A stretch of DNA of 63,863 bases, the filler included, from Folioceros fuciformis (taxonomy: Eukaryota): the NCBI GenBank assembly GCA_049999805.1. It is 10 parts of 10 records of this genome, joined end to end, with 100 filler letters (N's around TTAATTAATTAA, not from the genome) between each part and the next. Parts side by side here need not be neighbours in the genome. Positions count along the whole stretch, not along the records: positions 1 to 8,366 come from JBNGIO010002099.1; positions 8,467 to 16,833 come from JBNGIO010002100.1; 8 more parts are not named here. The stretch is one strand, 5' to 3'. Shown in pieces: positions 1 to 11,799 of this stretch; within the stretch, counting starts at the first letter, position 1, and each line of letters opens with the position of its first letter. Under the pieces are notes generated by a model. It was not told where the DNA came from, made no database searches, and saw only the letters and a program-made list of their open reading frames with translations. The position numbers and the translations under genes are program-made.

Positions 1-701
1 GAGAAGGGATGTTCAATGGAATCATGCTTGTCTTGGGAGGGTAGGTTTCTTTGGAATTTTTGTTGAGAATGAGGTTTTCTTCATTTCTAGCTTCTCAAGT
101 TGCTAGGATTGGATCTAGCTCCTATCAAGATTGCGTAGAATGTGGTTTGTTGATATGGAAACTTTTCTCAAGTTCGAGTTCTAGTGGTACAACTTCCTTT
201 AGTTCAAAATGATCAACTTCCTTTCTTATTATCACATGCCTGCCCACATGCCTTGAGAACCTTGAAGGTCTTGCATGTGATCCCACATAGAATGCTATAC
301 GCAACTTGCATGAATTCTATTTTAACGTTAAATATATATTACATTTATTTTACTTTTATACAATTTTATCTCTATATTATATAATATTATATAAATATAT
401 AACATAAAATATTATATATAATATACAATTTTATATAAATATTTAGAATAAAAATATAAAATATGAAATCTAATTATGTATAATTTTTCTAGAAACTTAT
501 TCCAGATGACATCATTTAGTTAGTGCAAACAATGACTTTAAAAATGCCCTTGAATCAGGGGCCTCATAACCTGGCTGCGGGATGGAACATCACGGACCAA
601 ATCTTGTATTTTTTTGTTATCCGAAAGGGACGAAGTAACGCAACCGAGGAACAGCAAGCAACACTGAAGCTGCAAAGCTCGCCCTGTGGCCGAGGGCAAC
701 C

Positions 702-1855
702 ATGGCGGGTGTGGCGCTGCAGTCCAGCGCCTGCTGCTATGGCGCTGGCCTGTGCTCCTCCTCCTCCTCGCCCTCCTCCTCTGCTTCCTCCTCCGCATCC
801 TCTTTTTTCGCGGGCCAGAAAATGCAGGTCTTCTCGATGCGAAAGAGGGTGGCGTTTGTACCCGCGGGTCTTAACTCCGTGCGGGCCTCCACCGCGCAAG
901 CTCCAGCGGACAGGACTCCGGCGCATCCGTCTGCTCTCTCGGGCGCCTCTCCGCACAGAGCCGGGGCCTTCATTCCCGCGCAGCACCGCTGGATGTACGA
1001 GGGCATTGAGAAGCTGGGACCTGTGAGCTGGCTGCAGCCCCTTGGCTTCGTGCTGCTGTCTCTGCCTGTGTGCTCGTCTGTGGCTTGCCTGAGGTTGAGG
1101 TTGTGATTCCCTCGCAGGATGTGTGGAACAAGACCTGGTACCCCAAGGCCGCAGACCATCTGAATGTGGAGAAGAAGTGGTACATCGTGGACGCCACCGA
1201 CAAGAGACTAGGGAGGCTTGCATCTACCATCGCCATCCACATTCGCGGCAAGGACATGCCCACCTACACTCCCAATGTGGACATGGGGGCTTACGTCATC
1301 GTGGTAGGTTGTTCGCATTCCTGCTTCTGGTTGGACTGAGGTGCGGAGCAGGTAGAGAAACCCGCCGCTTGTAACCTGCAGCTGTTCGGGATTTCCGCTG
1401 CACAGACATGCATTGTTGATCAGGGTACGCAGGAAAGGACAGTCATTGCTTCCTGACAGAGGGTTTTGTGGAGAACAGATCAACGCAGAGAAAGTTGGTA
1501 TCACTGGGAAGAAGAGAACGCAGAAGCTTTACCGGCGGCATTCCGGAAGGCCAGGAGGTATGAAGGAGGAGACTTTTGACCACCTGCAACAAAGAATTCC
1601 AGAACGCATTGTGGAGCATGCTGTGAGGGGCATGCTTCCCAAGGGAAGGGTACGTGTTGTGGCATGTCCGAATTGGCTGCAAGGAATTGGTTTGAGTGCA
1701 GAACAGTTCTAACCCTTGGTTCGGTGTGCCTGCAGCTCGGAAGGCGGTTGTTCACGCACCTCAAAGTGTATAAAGGAGCAGAGCATCCTCACGTGGCGCA
1801 GAAACCTGAGGAGCTTCCCATTCACGACAAGAGAATTAATCTGACTTCTGACTAG
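702..1855 (+). CDS. RPL13: Nuclear-encoded chloroplast 50S ribosomal protein L13 (uL13c), 4 exons: 702-1022, 1118-1303, 1479-1649, 1736-1855
   Basis: Ser/Ala-rich transit peptide, then L13 motifs [85 protein letters not shown]. All three introns are GT-AG and phase-compatible. Confidence 0.95.
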
Positions 1856-2441
1856 CATCACATGTAGTCTTCTGGCTGTGCTCACCTCCGTCCTGGCCTA
1901 TGACATTACAGTGAATGGGTGCCTCGTTCTGCACAGAGTGACCATCTGCCCTAATGTTCAAGGCTGAAATTTGCGACCGACGTTGTTTCACACCCGATTC
2001 AAACGGGTGATCCACACCCGATTAGTCACAAGGCAAGCCAGCCAATTCCCCAACTGAGTTCGCTTCAGAGCGTTCTCATGGAAAGAACAATTTCCATCAG
2101 CCAAACACCTGCACCCGCTCGTCCACAAGATACCGTGGCGGAAACAAACTCTGGTGGGAGGTGAATGAAGGGCAGACGGTGTTATGTTCTGAGATTCTGT
2201 CAAGCAGGAATTTCTCCTAACTCTGGCTCGTGTTCCTTAACCCACCAGGACTCATGGACCAACTGCAAGCTGCTTTGTTGCCATCTACACGACACCGGAT
2301 CCACAAAACCCTAGCTGAAACCTCTAAATCTGCGTGGTAACGAGTGCCAGGGCAAGCAGCGTCCTTGCCACTCCCATGACACAAGATCTACATCACTTGA
2401 GTCTGAAGAAATAGCAGTCTGGGGGAACAAGAGGATGGTCG

Positions 2442-2790
2442 TCAGTGATGGTCTTCGCTTTTGCTTTGCGCCTTGCCTTTCGCTTTCTCAGCTGCTTGCC
2501 GTTCTCTTTCCTTGTTGATTGCATTGATGCGCAAATACTGCACTCCGAATCCACATCCACGTCAATCGCCACAAGTTTTCCTTACGACAGACATCAAACT
2601 TGAATGCCTCCCCGATCCCCTCCCGGAGCTTGAAATAAACCTCTTTGCGATGATGCAGGCACTCGAAGTAGTCCTCCCGCAACAGTGTGCACTCCGAAGG
2701 CCAGTCGCAGCGAGACATACAGTCGCTGAAGTCCATCCACAGGTTGAAGCAGCGCCCCTTTCCACCGTGCAGGCCGAACCCTGACGCCAT
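2442..2790 (-). CDS. NDUFS5: Mitochondrial complex I subunit NDUFS5-like (twin CX9C), 2 exons: 2790-2641, 2537-2442
   Basis: MASGFGLHGGKGRCFNLWMDFSDCMSRC...CTLLREDYFECLHHRKE matches the plant NDUFS5 pattern. A GT-AG intron joins it in frame to YLRINAINKERERQ...EDHH*. Confidence 0.9.
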
Positions 2791-3284
2791 AGCTCCGATC
2801 GCAACGACCCTGAATTTTCCGGTGAATACTTCCTTTCCCTTCGCCTTTCTTTGCCGTAAAGGGTGCTGAAGAGACGGAACAACTTATCTCCCTGCTTATG
2901 CTCGCGGATAGAACTTATCACTTTATATGTCAAAACCTTGCGCCGTCTTGTATGTTTTAGAGTAAGGAGTTTTATTAAGTAGAGATGGAACACCTGGTAG
3001 GCATCGGGTAACCAGATTCCTGATGTGAGTGATGTTGCACTCGTTGCGTTAGGCATGCTTACTTGTATAAGCTCATGCCCACTACTGTTGCTAATATGCC
3101 ATTCATGGGCCAATAACACGGTTTAACCTGTGGCCTTTGAGCCCCTAATCTTGCTCAAAAGGTGGGTCAGGATGTTGATGTTCGTCAGACTGGAGGCAAA
3201 GCTGTACAATACAAACTAGAAGAATTTGCAAACCCGGAGATGGATGTGGCTGAGGTGTAGTACGAGTTAGTGATGACTACTGCC

Positions 3285-4479
3285 TTAAGAACCGACTTTA
3301 CCTATGATTTTCCGTTTGTAGGAACGGTCCTCTGTTGTGAGCGGGGTGCTTCGGGTGTAGAAAAACCTCTTGTAATTGGGTGCTTCGGAAGTGGCTTTCA
3401 GCTTGGAAAGCCGCTCTTCGATTATCTCGTGGTTCAGATCCTGAGTGTCATCCTCTCCGTCGATTTGCTTTTGCAGCTCCTTTTGGAACTCCTCTTCCTC
3501 ATCTTCCTGAAGCATAGAGCAAGGACAGATTCAACTGGGAAAGTGAGAAGGGGAACCCTACGAGCTGGAATGAGGAACCACCTTGATGGATTGCGTACCA
3601 TCATCTTCATCTGGTCGATAAACCAGGGTGGAAGAGACTCAGGTAACGTGACCAGGTCTTCGTCGAATAGCTCCATGAACTGCTCGTTGGCATACCGAGC
3701 TTTACTACCCGCATACCGCCTGTACTGGTCACACAATCACTCATTTGAGTCCATGGAGACTAGACGGCAGAACCCACATCAGCATGCCACAAATGTCACA
3801 GTCCTTCACCTCCTCCAGAAGGGATGTCAAGTTCCATTTCTGCAGCCTGCGAAGGCAGCCCACGACTGTCCCTGTCACATGGACCCCTGTCCTGCACAAA
3901 GCAAAATTCCGTTTAAGCTACCGAGTTCAAGCAGTGGGCTGAACCGAACCTGAATCAAGTCATGAAACGGGTTGCACAGCCCCCGAGGTGCAGGAGTGAG
4001 AGTAGGAAACTAACTGGCACATGATCATGATCGGATGAGTATTCACGTCCAGCACCACCTCCAATCCATCCTTGATGAGGTCCTCGCTGATGGGCTTCCA
4101 CGTTACTGTAGGTTTCTCAAATTTGCAGCCCATGTGCAGCTGCAAACAGAGCAAGCAGTCATCCAATGAACCAAAATTTTTAGTTTCAGCACACCCTTCC
4201 TTCATCACTTCCAGACAGGAGAACAGCTCAGACGCAGGAGGGTAAGGAACGCACAAACGTTATTCCATTGTCTCGGAGGTAATCTGTCAAGTAGGGTTGA
4301 GGAGGATCCGGGGACAGATACACCACAGTGCGCAGATGGAGATGCAGGAGGAAAGGGAGGTTGTGTGGTGCCAGTACGTTGGATCGGTAGACCCCGGGCT
4401 CCACTATGCCATAAGCATCGGGCACGCTCATATGCACCAGCAGCGAAGTGCCCGCCATAGCCCTCCTTCCGCTATCCAT
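3285..4479 (-). CDS. Siw14/PFA-DSP family atypical tyrosine-phosphatase-like protein, Oca4-like pseudophosphatase; 5 exons: 4479-4255, 4139-4015, 3891-3810, 3724-3599, 3506-3285
   Basis: Spliced product has VPDAYGIVEPGVYRS, LRTVVYLSPD, WKPISEDLIKDGLEVVLD, MCQTGVHVTGTVVGCLRRLQKWNLTSLLEEYRRYAGSKARYANEQFMELFD, which are Y_phosphatase2-family motifs. Introns are GT-AG and in phase. Start Met is 4479 or 4458. Confidence 0.85.
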
Positions 4480-5109
4480 CGCAGCCAACCCGGGACTCCC
4501 AGGAGGATGCCATCTCAAGCATGAACCTTGCAAGCTTTTTCCTTCTCGTAAAGGAGACTGACTGTCCAAACAGGTCGGCGGGTCCGTAACGGGGACGCCG
4601 TTATGGCATATTATGTATACGGCCTATTGCGGACATCTACCGAGACGAGATCATCTGCACATCAAGGACTCCCATTGCATCCATCGTCACCCAAATCCGA
4701 GGGCGCTGACGCGATCAAGAGATCTGATCTATCAAGATGATCACGGAACTCGCACTGGGGCCCCGCAGATGATGCCCATCGTCGGGATGCGGGATCGAGG
4801 TTGCGTGTCGTACTGTGCTTATGTCCCCTGCCTGCTGTGTGTACCGGGGGTATGGGATGTTTCCCTCAGCAAGGCGTACGATGCTCTGGTTGGACGGAGC
4901 TCTCTCTGTGCTGTGAAGGGTTTGCGACGAGATCCAACGTCCGGGAGATCCGAACTGCAGAGCATGTTGCCTGGAGAGGTGTCCCATGGTTTGCCCTAGA
5001 GAGGTCACCTGGCTTTGCCCTGTATTTTGCTCCCCCTGTAGGATGTGTTTGTGGAAAGTGCTTCAGCTGGAGGAAGCTCTGGATTCGGGAGGGAAGAGTT
5101 TGCCCGCAG

Positions 5110-6045
5110 ATGTCTGAGAGTGGTGTGAGGAAAGGCCGCAACATGGCAGAAGTGAAGGCTGGTACAGCTCCTCTTTGGAGGACCCTAGTAGGAAAGGTTT
5201 CGTCCAGTTTGCGCCGCATGATGCTGCAGATTTTGTCAGCTGGCCCGATTCCCAGGCACGTAGCCATAATCATGGACGGTAATAGAAGGTTTGCGGACAG
5301 AGCTCAGATGGATAGAACAAGCGGGCATCTGTTCGGGTATGACCGGTTGATCGAGACGCTGGAAAACTGCTTCGAGCTTGGAGTGAAGTACTTGACAGTG
5401 TATGCCTTCAGCATAGACAATTTTAAGCGGTCGCCGGAGGAAGTAGCTGCTCTGATGGATCTTATGCAGGAGAAGCTGGAGATGCTGGCGGAGAAAGAAC
5501 GTTTGCTGGAGGAGTACGGTGTGAAAGTGCAGGTTTGCGGCGATTTATCTTTGTTACCTGAACGGGTGGTCAGGGCAGCTGAGAGGGCTATGGCTGCTAC
5601 AAGACACAACGAATCGGCGGTGTTTAACATCTGTGTGGCTTACACATCTTCTCATGAGATGGTTGAGGCCATTCAGCAGATCAGGGATGGGGTCCTCGCC
5701 ATATCGATGGAGGAGTTCGGGAGAAATGTTACCTTGAGCTCGCAGAAGGTTAGGGATATCAACATGAGACCTGCCAAAAATCTGAAGGTGAGTGACATCT
5801 TGGATGGGATCACGGAGACGGATATTGATCAGCATTTGTACACAAGGGGCTGTCCTGCTCCTGACTTGTTAATTCGAACATCCGGGGAGACTCGCTTGAG
5901 CAACTTCCTCATGTGGCAGAGCTGTTTTTCTCAGTTAGCTTTCTGTAGAGTGCTGTGGCCCCAATTTTCGTTACGGCACCTGTTTTGGATACTTTTGGAC
6001 TGGCAAATTGCTCAGCCTGCTCTCCAAGCTCAACAATCCTCGTAA
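5110..6045 (+). CDS. cis-prenyltransferase / dehydrodolichyl diphosphate synthase (single coding exon)
   Basis: IPRHVAIIMDGNRRFA, LTVYAFSIDNFKRSPEEV, NICVAYTS, PDLLIRTSGETRLSNFLMWQS, FCRVLWPQFS cover the conserved CPT regions. First ATGs are at 5110 and 5143; the ORF-track start at 4801 is TTG. Confidence 0.92.
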   Translation: MSESGVRKGRNMAEVKAGTAPLWRTLVGKVSSSLRRMMLQILSAGPIPRHVAIIMDGNRRFADRAQMDRTSGHLFGYDRLIETLENCFELGVKYLTVYAFSIDNFKRSPEEVAALMDLMQEKLEMLAEKERLLEEYGVKVQVCGDLSLLPERVVRAAERAMAATRHNESAVFNICVAYTSSHEMVEAIQQIRDGVLAISMEEFGRNVTLSSQKVRDINMRPAKNLKVSDILDGITETDIDQHLYTRGCPAPDLLIRTSGETRLSNFLMWQSCFSQLAFCRVLWPQFSLRHLFWILLDWQIAQPALQAQQSS

Positions 6046-8366
6046 GGCGTTGGCTCGTCTATGTTACAGATTAGATAGCATGGGAAATGTAGATGGGAAG
6101 TTAAGAGTTGTTGAATCCGCAACATCAAAGGGGAAAAGTGTTTTCTGGGGTGAAAGCTCGGCATTCTTTGCCACCTCTAACATTAGTGTCCTTTTTCATG
6201 GTAATCTTGTATTTTTGTGAAGGGAGAGCCTGAACGTAGCTCATGACGGTATGGTGCTGCCAAGCCGTGAATGATCAGTGCACGACAGTGATCAAGATAT
6301 CCTCGTGTCCTGTATTTACGAAGCCAGCAGGTGTTCAGGTTCTTCTCAAGCCACCATCTTCCATTTGTGTCGGGAGACGAGGTAAGTGCCAAGAATTTTT
6401 CTTCCTCCCTTCGTACCTCTCTCGTGAGGTGGGCATGTTCACACAGGAACTTGAAGGGCATGGAGGAGAGAATTTGCTGGTGGCCTGTAGGCAGATTGCG
6501 GAAATAGAACTTAGGCCATACTCGGTGACAGTCTGTTCAAAAGAGATTGGCAGTTGTGCGGGCTCCATGTGTGGAACGCTGAGGGCCAGGTTTCTCTATG
6601 TATCACTGTGGAAACCGGCATGACGGAAATTTAACTTGTGACAAGTTCCAACGGTAACACCGCTGCCGCCTTTCCTCAGGCCTCATGTGGACCTGGCCTG
6701 TGCAGTCCTAGAGCATCTTTCGAAAGTCTTTCCGACATAATATTCATCAGCTGGCTGCCATGGCATTATCGCCAGATGGAAGATCGTGCCAGCCAGTGCA
6801 TTCACCCACTGGCAAAGTGGACATGTGGAGGACGGTGAGGAGTGAAACATCGGCTATCTCTATGTCTTCAGACTCATAAAGGCGGCCAGATTCATGAAGA
6901 AGGCGGCTGAGAAGATATCATTGCCGTCGGGAGGATGTGACTGCGAGAAGGTGAGACAGGCACGACGGCCCATAAAATATCCCACATGGCATTGAGGGCA
7001 GCAGGGTTGGTTCATGGCCTGCAATACCAGCAATTCCTGCCGCCCTGCTGCCACATAGTCATTGCATCTACCTGATTGCACGACCTGAATTGTGTCTCAT
7101 ATGTGTTACGGTAGTGGGCCGGGCCAGGCCGGGGCACACCCATTGAGTGGCGTCCTGGTGGCACGCTCCCACATCCCTTCAGCTTTTGTTGCAAGGATGG
7201 ACGAGCCCCTTGTCCCTTCTCAACCCTTTCAAGGCTTGAAGCTCTCCAACGTGAGATTCAGATCCGTCCTGCGGATATGTTGTCAATCCTTGTTCCCGAG
7301 TTTCATGATACCGCTGGTGTGGGTACTTGTGCAGCTCGGATCATCGTACATACTTCGACCGCAAAGCCGGCATACTCGCTACAAGATCCTTTCCTTCCCT
7401 GGCGATGTTGGTGACGAGAGGCGTGGGACATCCCATCATCCTTTGGTGGGTGCAGACTACCACACGAGTTTAATATATGTACAGTACATCCATTGTAACT
7501 CGACGTGGCCTGCAATTTTATACTCCAGGCCAATCCGAACCTGATATACCGCCGCTTCCACGGATCCGGGACATGAAGGGGCGTGAGTTCATCGGCCAGT
7601 TGGCAGCTTGCGCATTGACTTGGTAGCACAACACTCTGGCCGTAGCTGTCGGGCCTGGATGTAGGCCCGTTTCACATGGCCGATGCTATTTGTAGTTCCA
7701 CAATGGATCAAGCATGGGACCAAGTCTGCGCCCTGGAGCAACTACATTCCGCATCTACGAGAATTAGGTACCATCCGTTTGAACGTTTGTCCACCGTTTG
7801 CAGTTCGAGGCTGAAGACTGGTTCTCATTTTCTTAGTGATGAATTATGGGCAAGGAGTCCACAAGCAAGACGAGGTGTCAAGCAAAGTGACTTGGCAACG
7901 TCACCAGCCACCGTAGCTCCCGCCGGGCATGGTATAAGCAGGGAAAGATGCAAGAATGCCCCGATGTTCATGCAAACAGAAATCTGAGACTCCGTGTAGC
8001 AGCGCAGATTGCATCAAGAACCAGTGGCCCAAACCAAACCCTCTTGACCTAAACCTGTTCCGATCTCCCAGCGCACCAGCCCGTTGAGGAGAGCCCAGAG
8101 GAGAGCAGGCCGCGAGCAGAGCAGAGCAGACAGCCCGGCGCTCGGGCAATTGGTGTGGAGTTCTGGAAGTGGAGAATGCTCATCTGCTCTGTTATTCCTC
8201 GTCTCAAGCTGCAGGGACAGGATGTCGGAGGAGAGGGAGACGCCAGGGGAGGAGAGCGCAAGCTCCTACAAGACATACCGCCCCTCCCTCGTCGATCCCT
8301 TCCCACCGTTCCCGCTCCTCTCCCTCCACGGCATTCAAGCCAGCAGCTTCCCGGGGCCTCCGCCCC

Positions 8367-8466
8367 NNNNNNNNNNNNNNNNNNNNNNNNNNNNNNNNNN
8401 NNNNNNNNNNTTAATTAATTAANNNNNNNNNNNNNNNNNNNNNNNNNNNNNNNNNNNNNNNNNNNN
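8367..8466. other. Artificial contig spacer N44-TTAATTAATTAA-N44 (stops in all six frames); identical spacers at 16834-16933, 25030-25129, 46480-46579, 48360-48459, 49491-49590, 53066-53165, 60683-60782, 62649-62748
   Basis: The same 100-nt N-flanked linker occurs nine times. Confidence 0.97.
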
Positions 8467-11400
8467 AACCTGCCTTGCATATTGTTGCTCCTTAGCACCT
8501 GGCGTTTCCACAACAGAATGCCAAACTCACTGTCAATGCTCTCACTACTTGAGGATTCATATTCCTCATTTCCAGTTTTGCTGCTTTCTACTCTCCCCCT
8601 GAATGACATATCCGGGTCAGTGGTCTTCGGTTTACCATTCCGCAATCTTCCAGACCATGGATTCACTGTTGGTGATCCACCATTGATCACATCCTCACTC
8701 TTTGCTGGAGTACTCTTAACAATACTCTCCCCTGTGGGTTCGTCATAGGGTAGTGCAACTGAGTTGCTATACCAGGAGGCTAACTCATCAAATACCACAT
8801 CCCTGCTTATCAGATCTCATGTGTGGATGGCACATAACACTTATATGCCTTCCTATTTCGTGCATACCCCAGAAAAACACTCTTCACTGCTTTAGGATCC
8901 AGCTTCCTATGCTTCTCATCAGGTACATGCACATATGCAATGCACCCAAACACTTTCAAGTGCCTAATATCCGGCTTATAGCCATACAGTCTCTCAATTG
9001 GTGTAGCATTATGAATTCTTGCCGTGGGAGTTCGATTCAGTACATACACTGCTGTCATCACTGCTTTTGCCCAATAATCATTAGGTAAGCACTTCTCATT
9101 CAGCATTGCCCTTGCTGTTTCCATGACTACCCTGTTCTTCCTCTCTGCAACACCATTATGTTGTGGTGTGTATCTGCAAGTCAACTGTCTTTGTATACCA
9201 TGATCTGCAAGATACCTGTCAAACTCATTTGAGACATATTCTCCCCCTCCATCTGACCTTAAACAAGAGATGGAGCAGCTGAATCATTTTCAGCATGCTT
9301 TTTGAAGTCCTTGAAAGACTGGAACACTTCATCCTTATGCTTCAGTATGTACAGCCACGTGTACCTGCTGAAATCATCAATGAAGGAGACATAGTAGTGG
9401 GCTCCTTCAAACGATGCATTCTGTGAAGGACCCCATACATCAGAGTGTATCAATTGCAAAGGCCTCGAGTTGTTCTGCACGTGTCGCACAAATGGAAACC
9501 TTGACTGTTTTCCAAATTGACATGCAGAACACACATGACCAAGATCAGCATACTTGAACTTGGGCAATCCTTCCACCACGCTTTTATGTTGCATAGATTT
9601 CAGCTTCTCTATGTTCACATGCCCAATCCTCTTACGCCATATTTCAACATCACGTATGGCACCTGCATCATTTGCAAACATTGCTGCATTTAGCTCTGGA
9701 ATGGATGCATCCAGAGTGAACATCCGTCCATTCCTACTACCTTTAGCAATCAGTTTGTGCCCTCTGTCATATTCTTCAATAAAGCATCCATCTTTATTGA
9801 CTTGAACCTGCAGATTTTGTTCAGCCATCTGTCCAACAGACAACAGGTTCTTCGTAATGGTTGGAACATGCAACACATCTTGCAGACTCTTCTGCTGACC
9901 ATTCGGTATCCTAAGAGGAACAATTCCTCTGTGCTTTATGTCATGTTGTGTGTCATCTCTTGTACACACATGACCATGGGGACCTGCATCCATCTTGTTA
10001 AACCACTCGCCATGCGGAGTCATGTGGTTTGATGCTCCTGAATCAATGTACCATCTCTCATCATTCTGCCCATCCTATTCAGAGAGATGTTGCATGGCAA
10101 ACAACCTATCCTGGTCATTTCTAGCATTACTAGAGGAGGCATGGTTCTCATGCTACCTTCCTTTTCCTCTCATGTCTGCTTGCTGCTTATAGCAGTCCTT
10201 AGCGATATGACCAACCTTACCACAGTAGTAACACTCCTTGTCTCTATTGGAATGGTCATGAGGTTGAAAAAAACCATCTCTTCCTCTTGTGGCTCTACCT
10301 GCGCCTCTAAAACTTCCAGATTCTCTCTGGCCTTGCGCATTTCCTCCACGCCAATTGTCTTGCTGATTCTGCGTGTTCCGAGCATCACCCAGTCCTCGGA
10401 ATGAACCACGACCTCTGTGGCCTCTCCCACGCTGGTTAGAAAACAAAACAGTATCTCTCCCTAGAGATATACCTGAACCTGTGTTCAGACCAAGCTTAAC
10501 TTCCTCATGCAGCAACAAAGCAACCAATTCATCCTAACTTGGGAACTCAACTCTCACAGAGATTGATGTGTCAAAGGACTTGTACTCCTTGCTAAGTCCG
10601 TTCAGAGTAACTACAACCATGTCGTCTTCCGTCACACTTGCACCGATTGTAGCAAGCTGATCAGCTATGGTCTTCACCTCTGTTGTATACACGAGTATGG
10701 ATTTGCTACCTCGTGACAAGTTGTTGAACTGCTGCTTCAACTGGATTTTCCTAGCATGTGTGACATTTCCATAGTTCCTCATGAGTATGTCCCATGCATC
10801 CTTTAGAGACTCACATCCCGTGATCTGTATGACCATAGCATTTGAAATGCTTAAGGAGAGCCAGTGTAACACTTTACATGCTCTCTCAGTCCAATGCTTG
10901 TGAGCAGTCTTTTGCTCCTGTGATGGAGTACGATCCATCTCTGGTTCACTCTCATCACCTGTGCAAAGGTCCCAATAGCTTCTACCTACAAGAAGTTCTT
11001 CATCCTGAACTTCCACAAAGCAAAATTCTTGTTATCCAACTTCTCTCCCGCGACCTGAGAGATATTGTCTGATCTCTACACATTAGCCATGATTCAGGCT
11101 CCTTTACGCACCAACACTTGTCCTGCAACTCCCTGCACTGCTGTAGAGCTCCAGCACTCCACAAGCCTCAATCAAATCTCAACAATTCCTGAATGTGCAG
11201 CTGACTCTTCGCTAAGCAAAAACAGCCTTTGCTCAAGCTTTCAAAAAAAAAACAAAAAAAACAAAACACTGTTTGCCAAGTTCAAGCCTTCCTCCTCGCA
11301 AATCCTGGGCCTGCTGTGGCTTCCACAGCCTGGTTGCCTCCAGTAGTTGCTGCTCCCCCCCTCTTGCGCCTCTCGCGCGCTCTTGCGGCTGTTGCGGCTT

Positions 11401-11799
11401 CCTACGCCGCCTACACTGCTGCGCCTCCTGCGCCTCTTAATGGCTTGCGTTGCCAGCCATCTTCACGCTCACGGCCATAGCCTCAAACCCCCGCCATAGC
11501 CACCGGTGCCACTAGCACTCTCTCTGGCTCTTATACCATGTTGAAATTGCACCACATGCCAAGAAGGACTCCACAGCTCTTTACTTATGGTGCACAGGAT
11601 GCTACATATATAGCCTTCAGGCGGGGCATCCCTCGATAAGGTAAGCCTTAGTCTCGAGGGTGCAATATCCTAGTATATCCTTATATATCCTGATAACACT
11701 TAGGTGATAGATAACTATGAGTTCAATATGGGATAATCTACACTATCCTAAGTGTTGTATGCTCTTAATAACAATTCAGTTAGAGCTTGATTTCTAACA
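8467..11799 (-). mobile_element. Ty1/copia LTR retrotransposon (family A), 5' part: LTR, PBS, gag, protease, GAG-pre-integrase, integrase; frameshifts and stops; RT lost in the gap
   Basis: gag (EKLDNKNF..WKFRMKNFL), zinc knuckle CYYCGKVGHIAKDC, protease WYIDSGASNHMT, integrase LIHSDVWGP..FIDDFSRYTW..YTPQHNGVAERKNR, KLDPKAVKSVFLGY. PBS TGGTATAAGAGC at 11538-11527. Confidence 0.93.
11539..11799 (-). repeat. 5' LTR of copia family A (TGTTAGA...TTCAACA), directly followed by a Met-tRNA PBS
   Basis: TG...CA termini, TATA-like CTATATAT, CA end abutting the PBS. The distal boundary could alternatively be 11773. Confidence 0.75.

Noticed and set aside
310-500. Extremely AT-rich tract upstream of RPL13
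   Set aside because: Low-complexity intergenic sequence with no definable structure.
523-1263. Many overlapping ORFs on both strands around RPL13 exon 1
   Set aside because: Shadow ORFs of a GC-rich, TCC-repeat transit-peptide exon.
3270-3953. 227-aa plus-strand ORF
   Set aside because: Antisense to the well-supported spliced phosphatase-like gene; no recognisable domain.
8367-8466. Recurrent TTAATTAATTAA palindrome (nine copies) as a biological repeat or recombination site
   Set aside because: Always flanked by exactly 44 N on each side; it is an artificial six-frame-stop linker.
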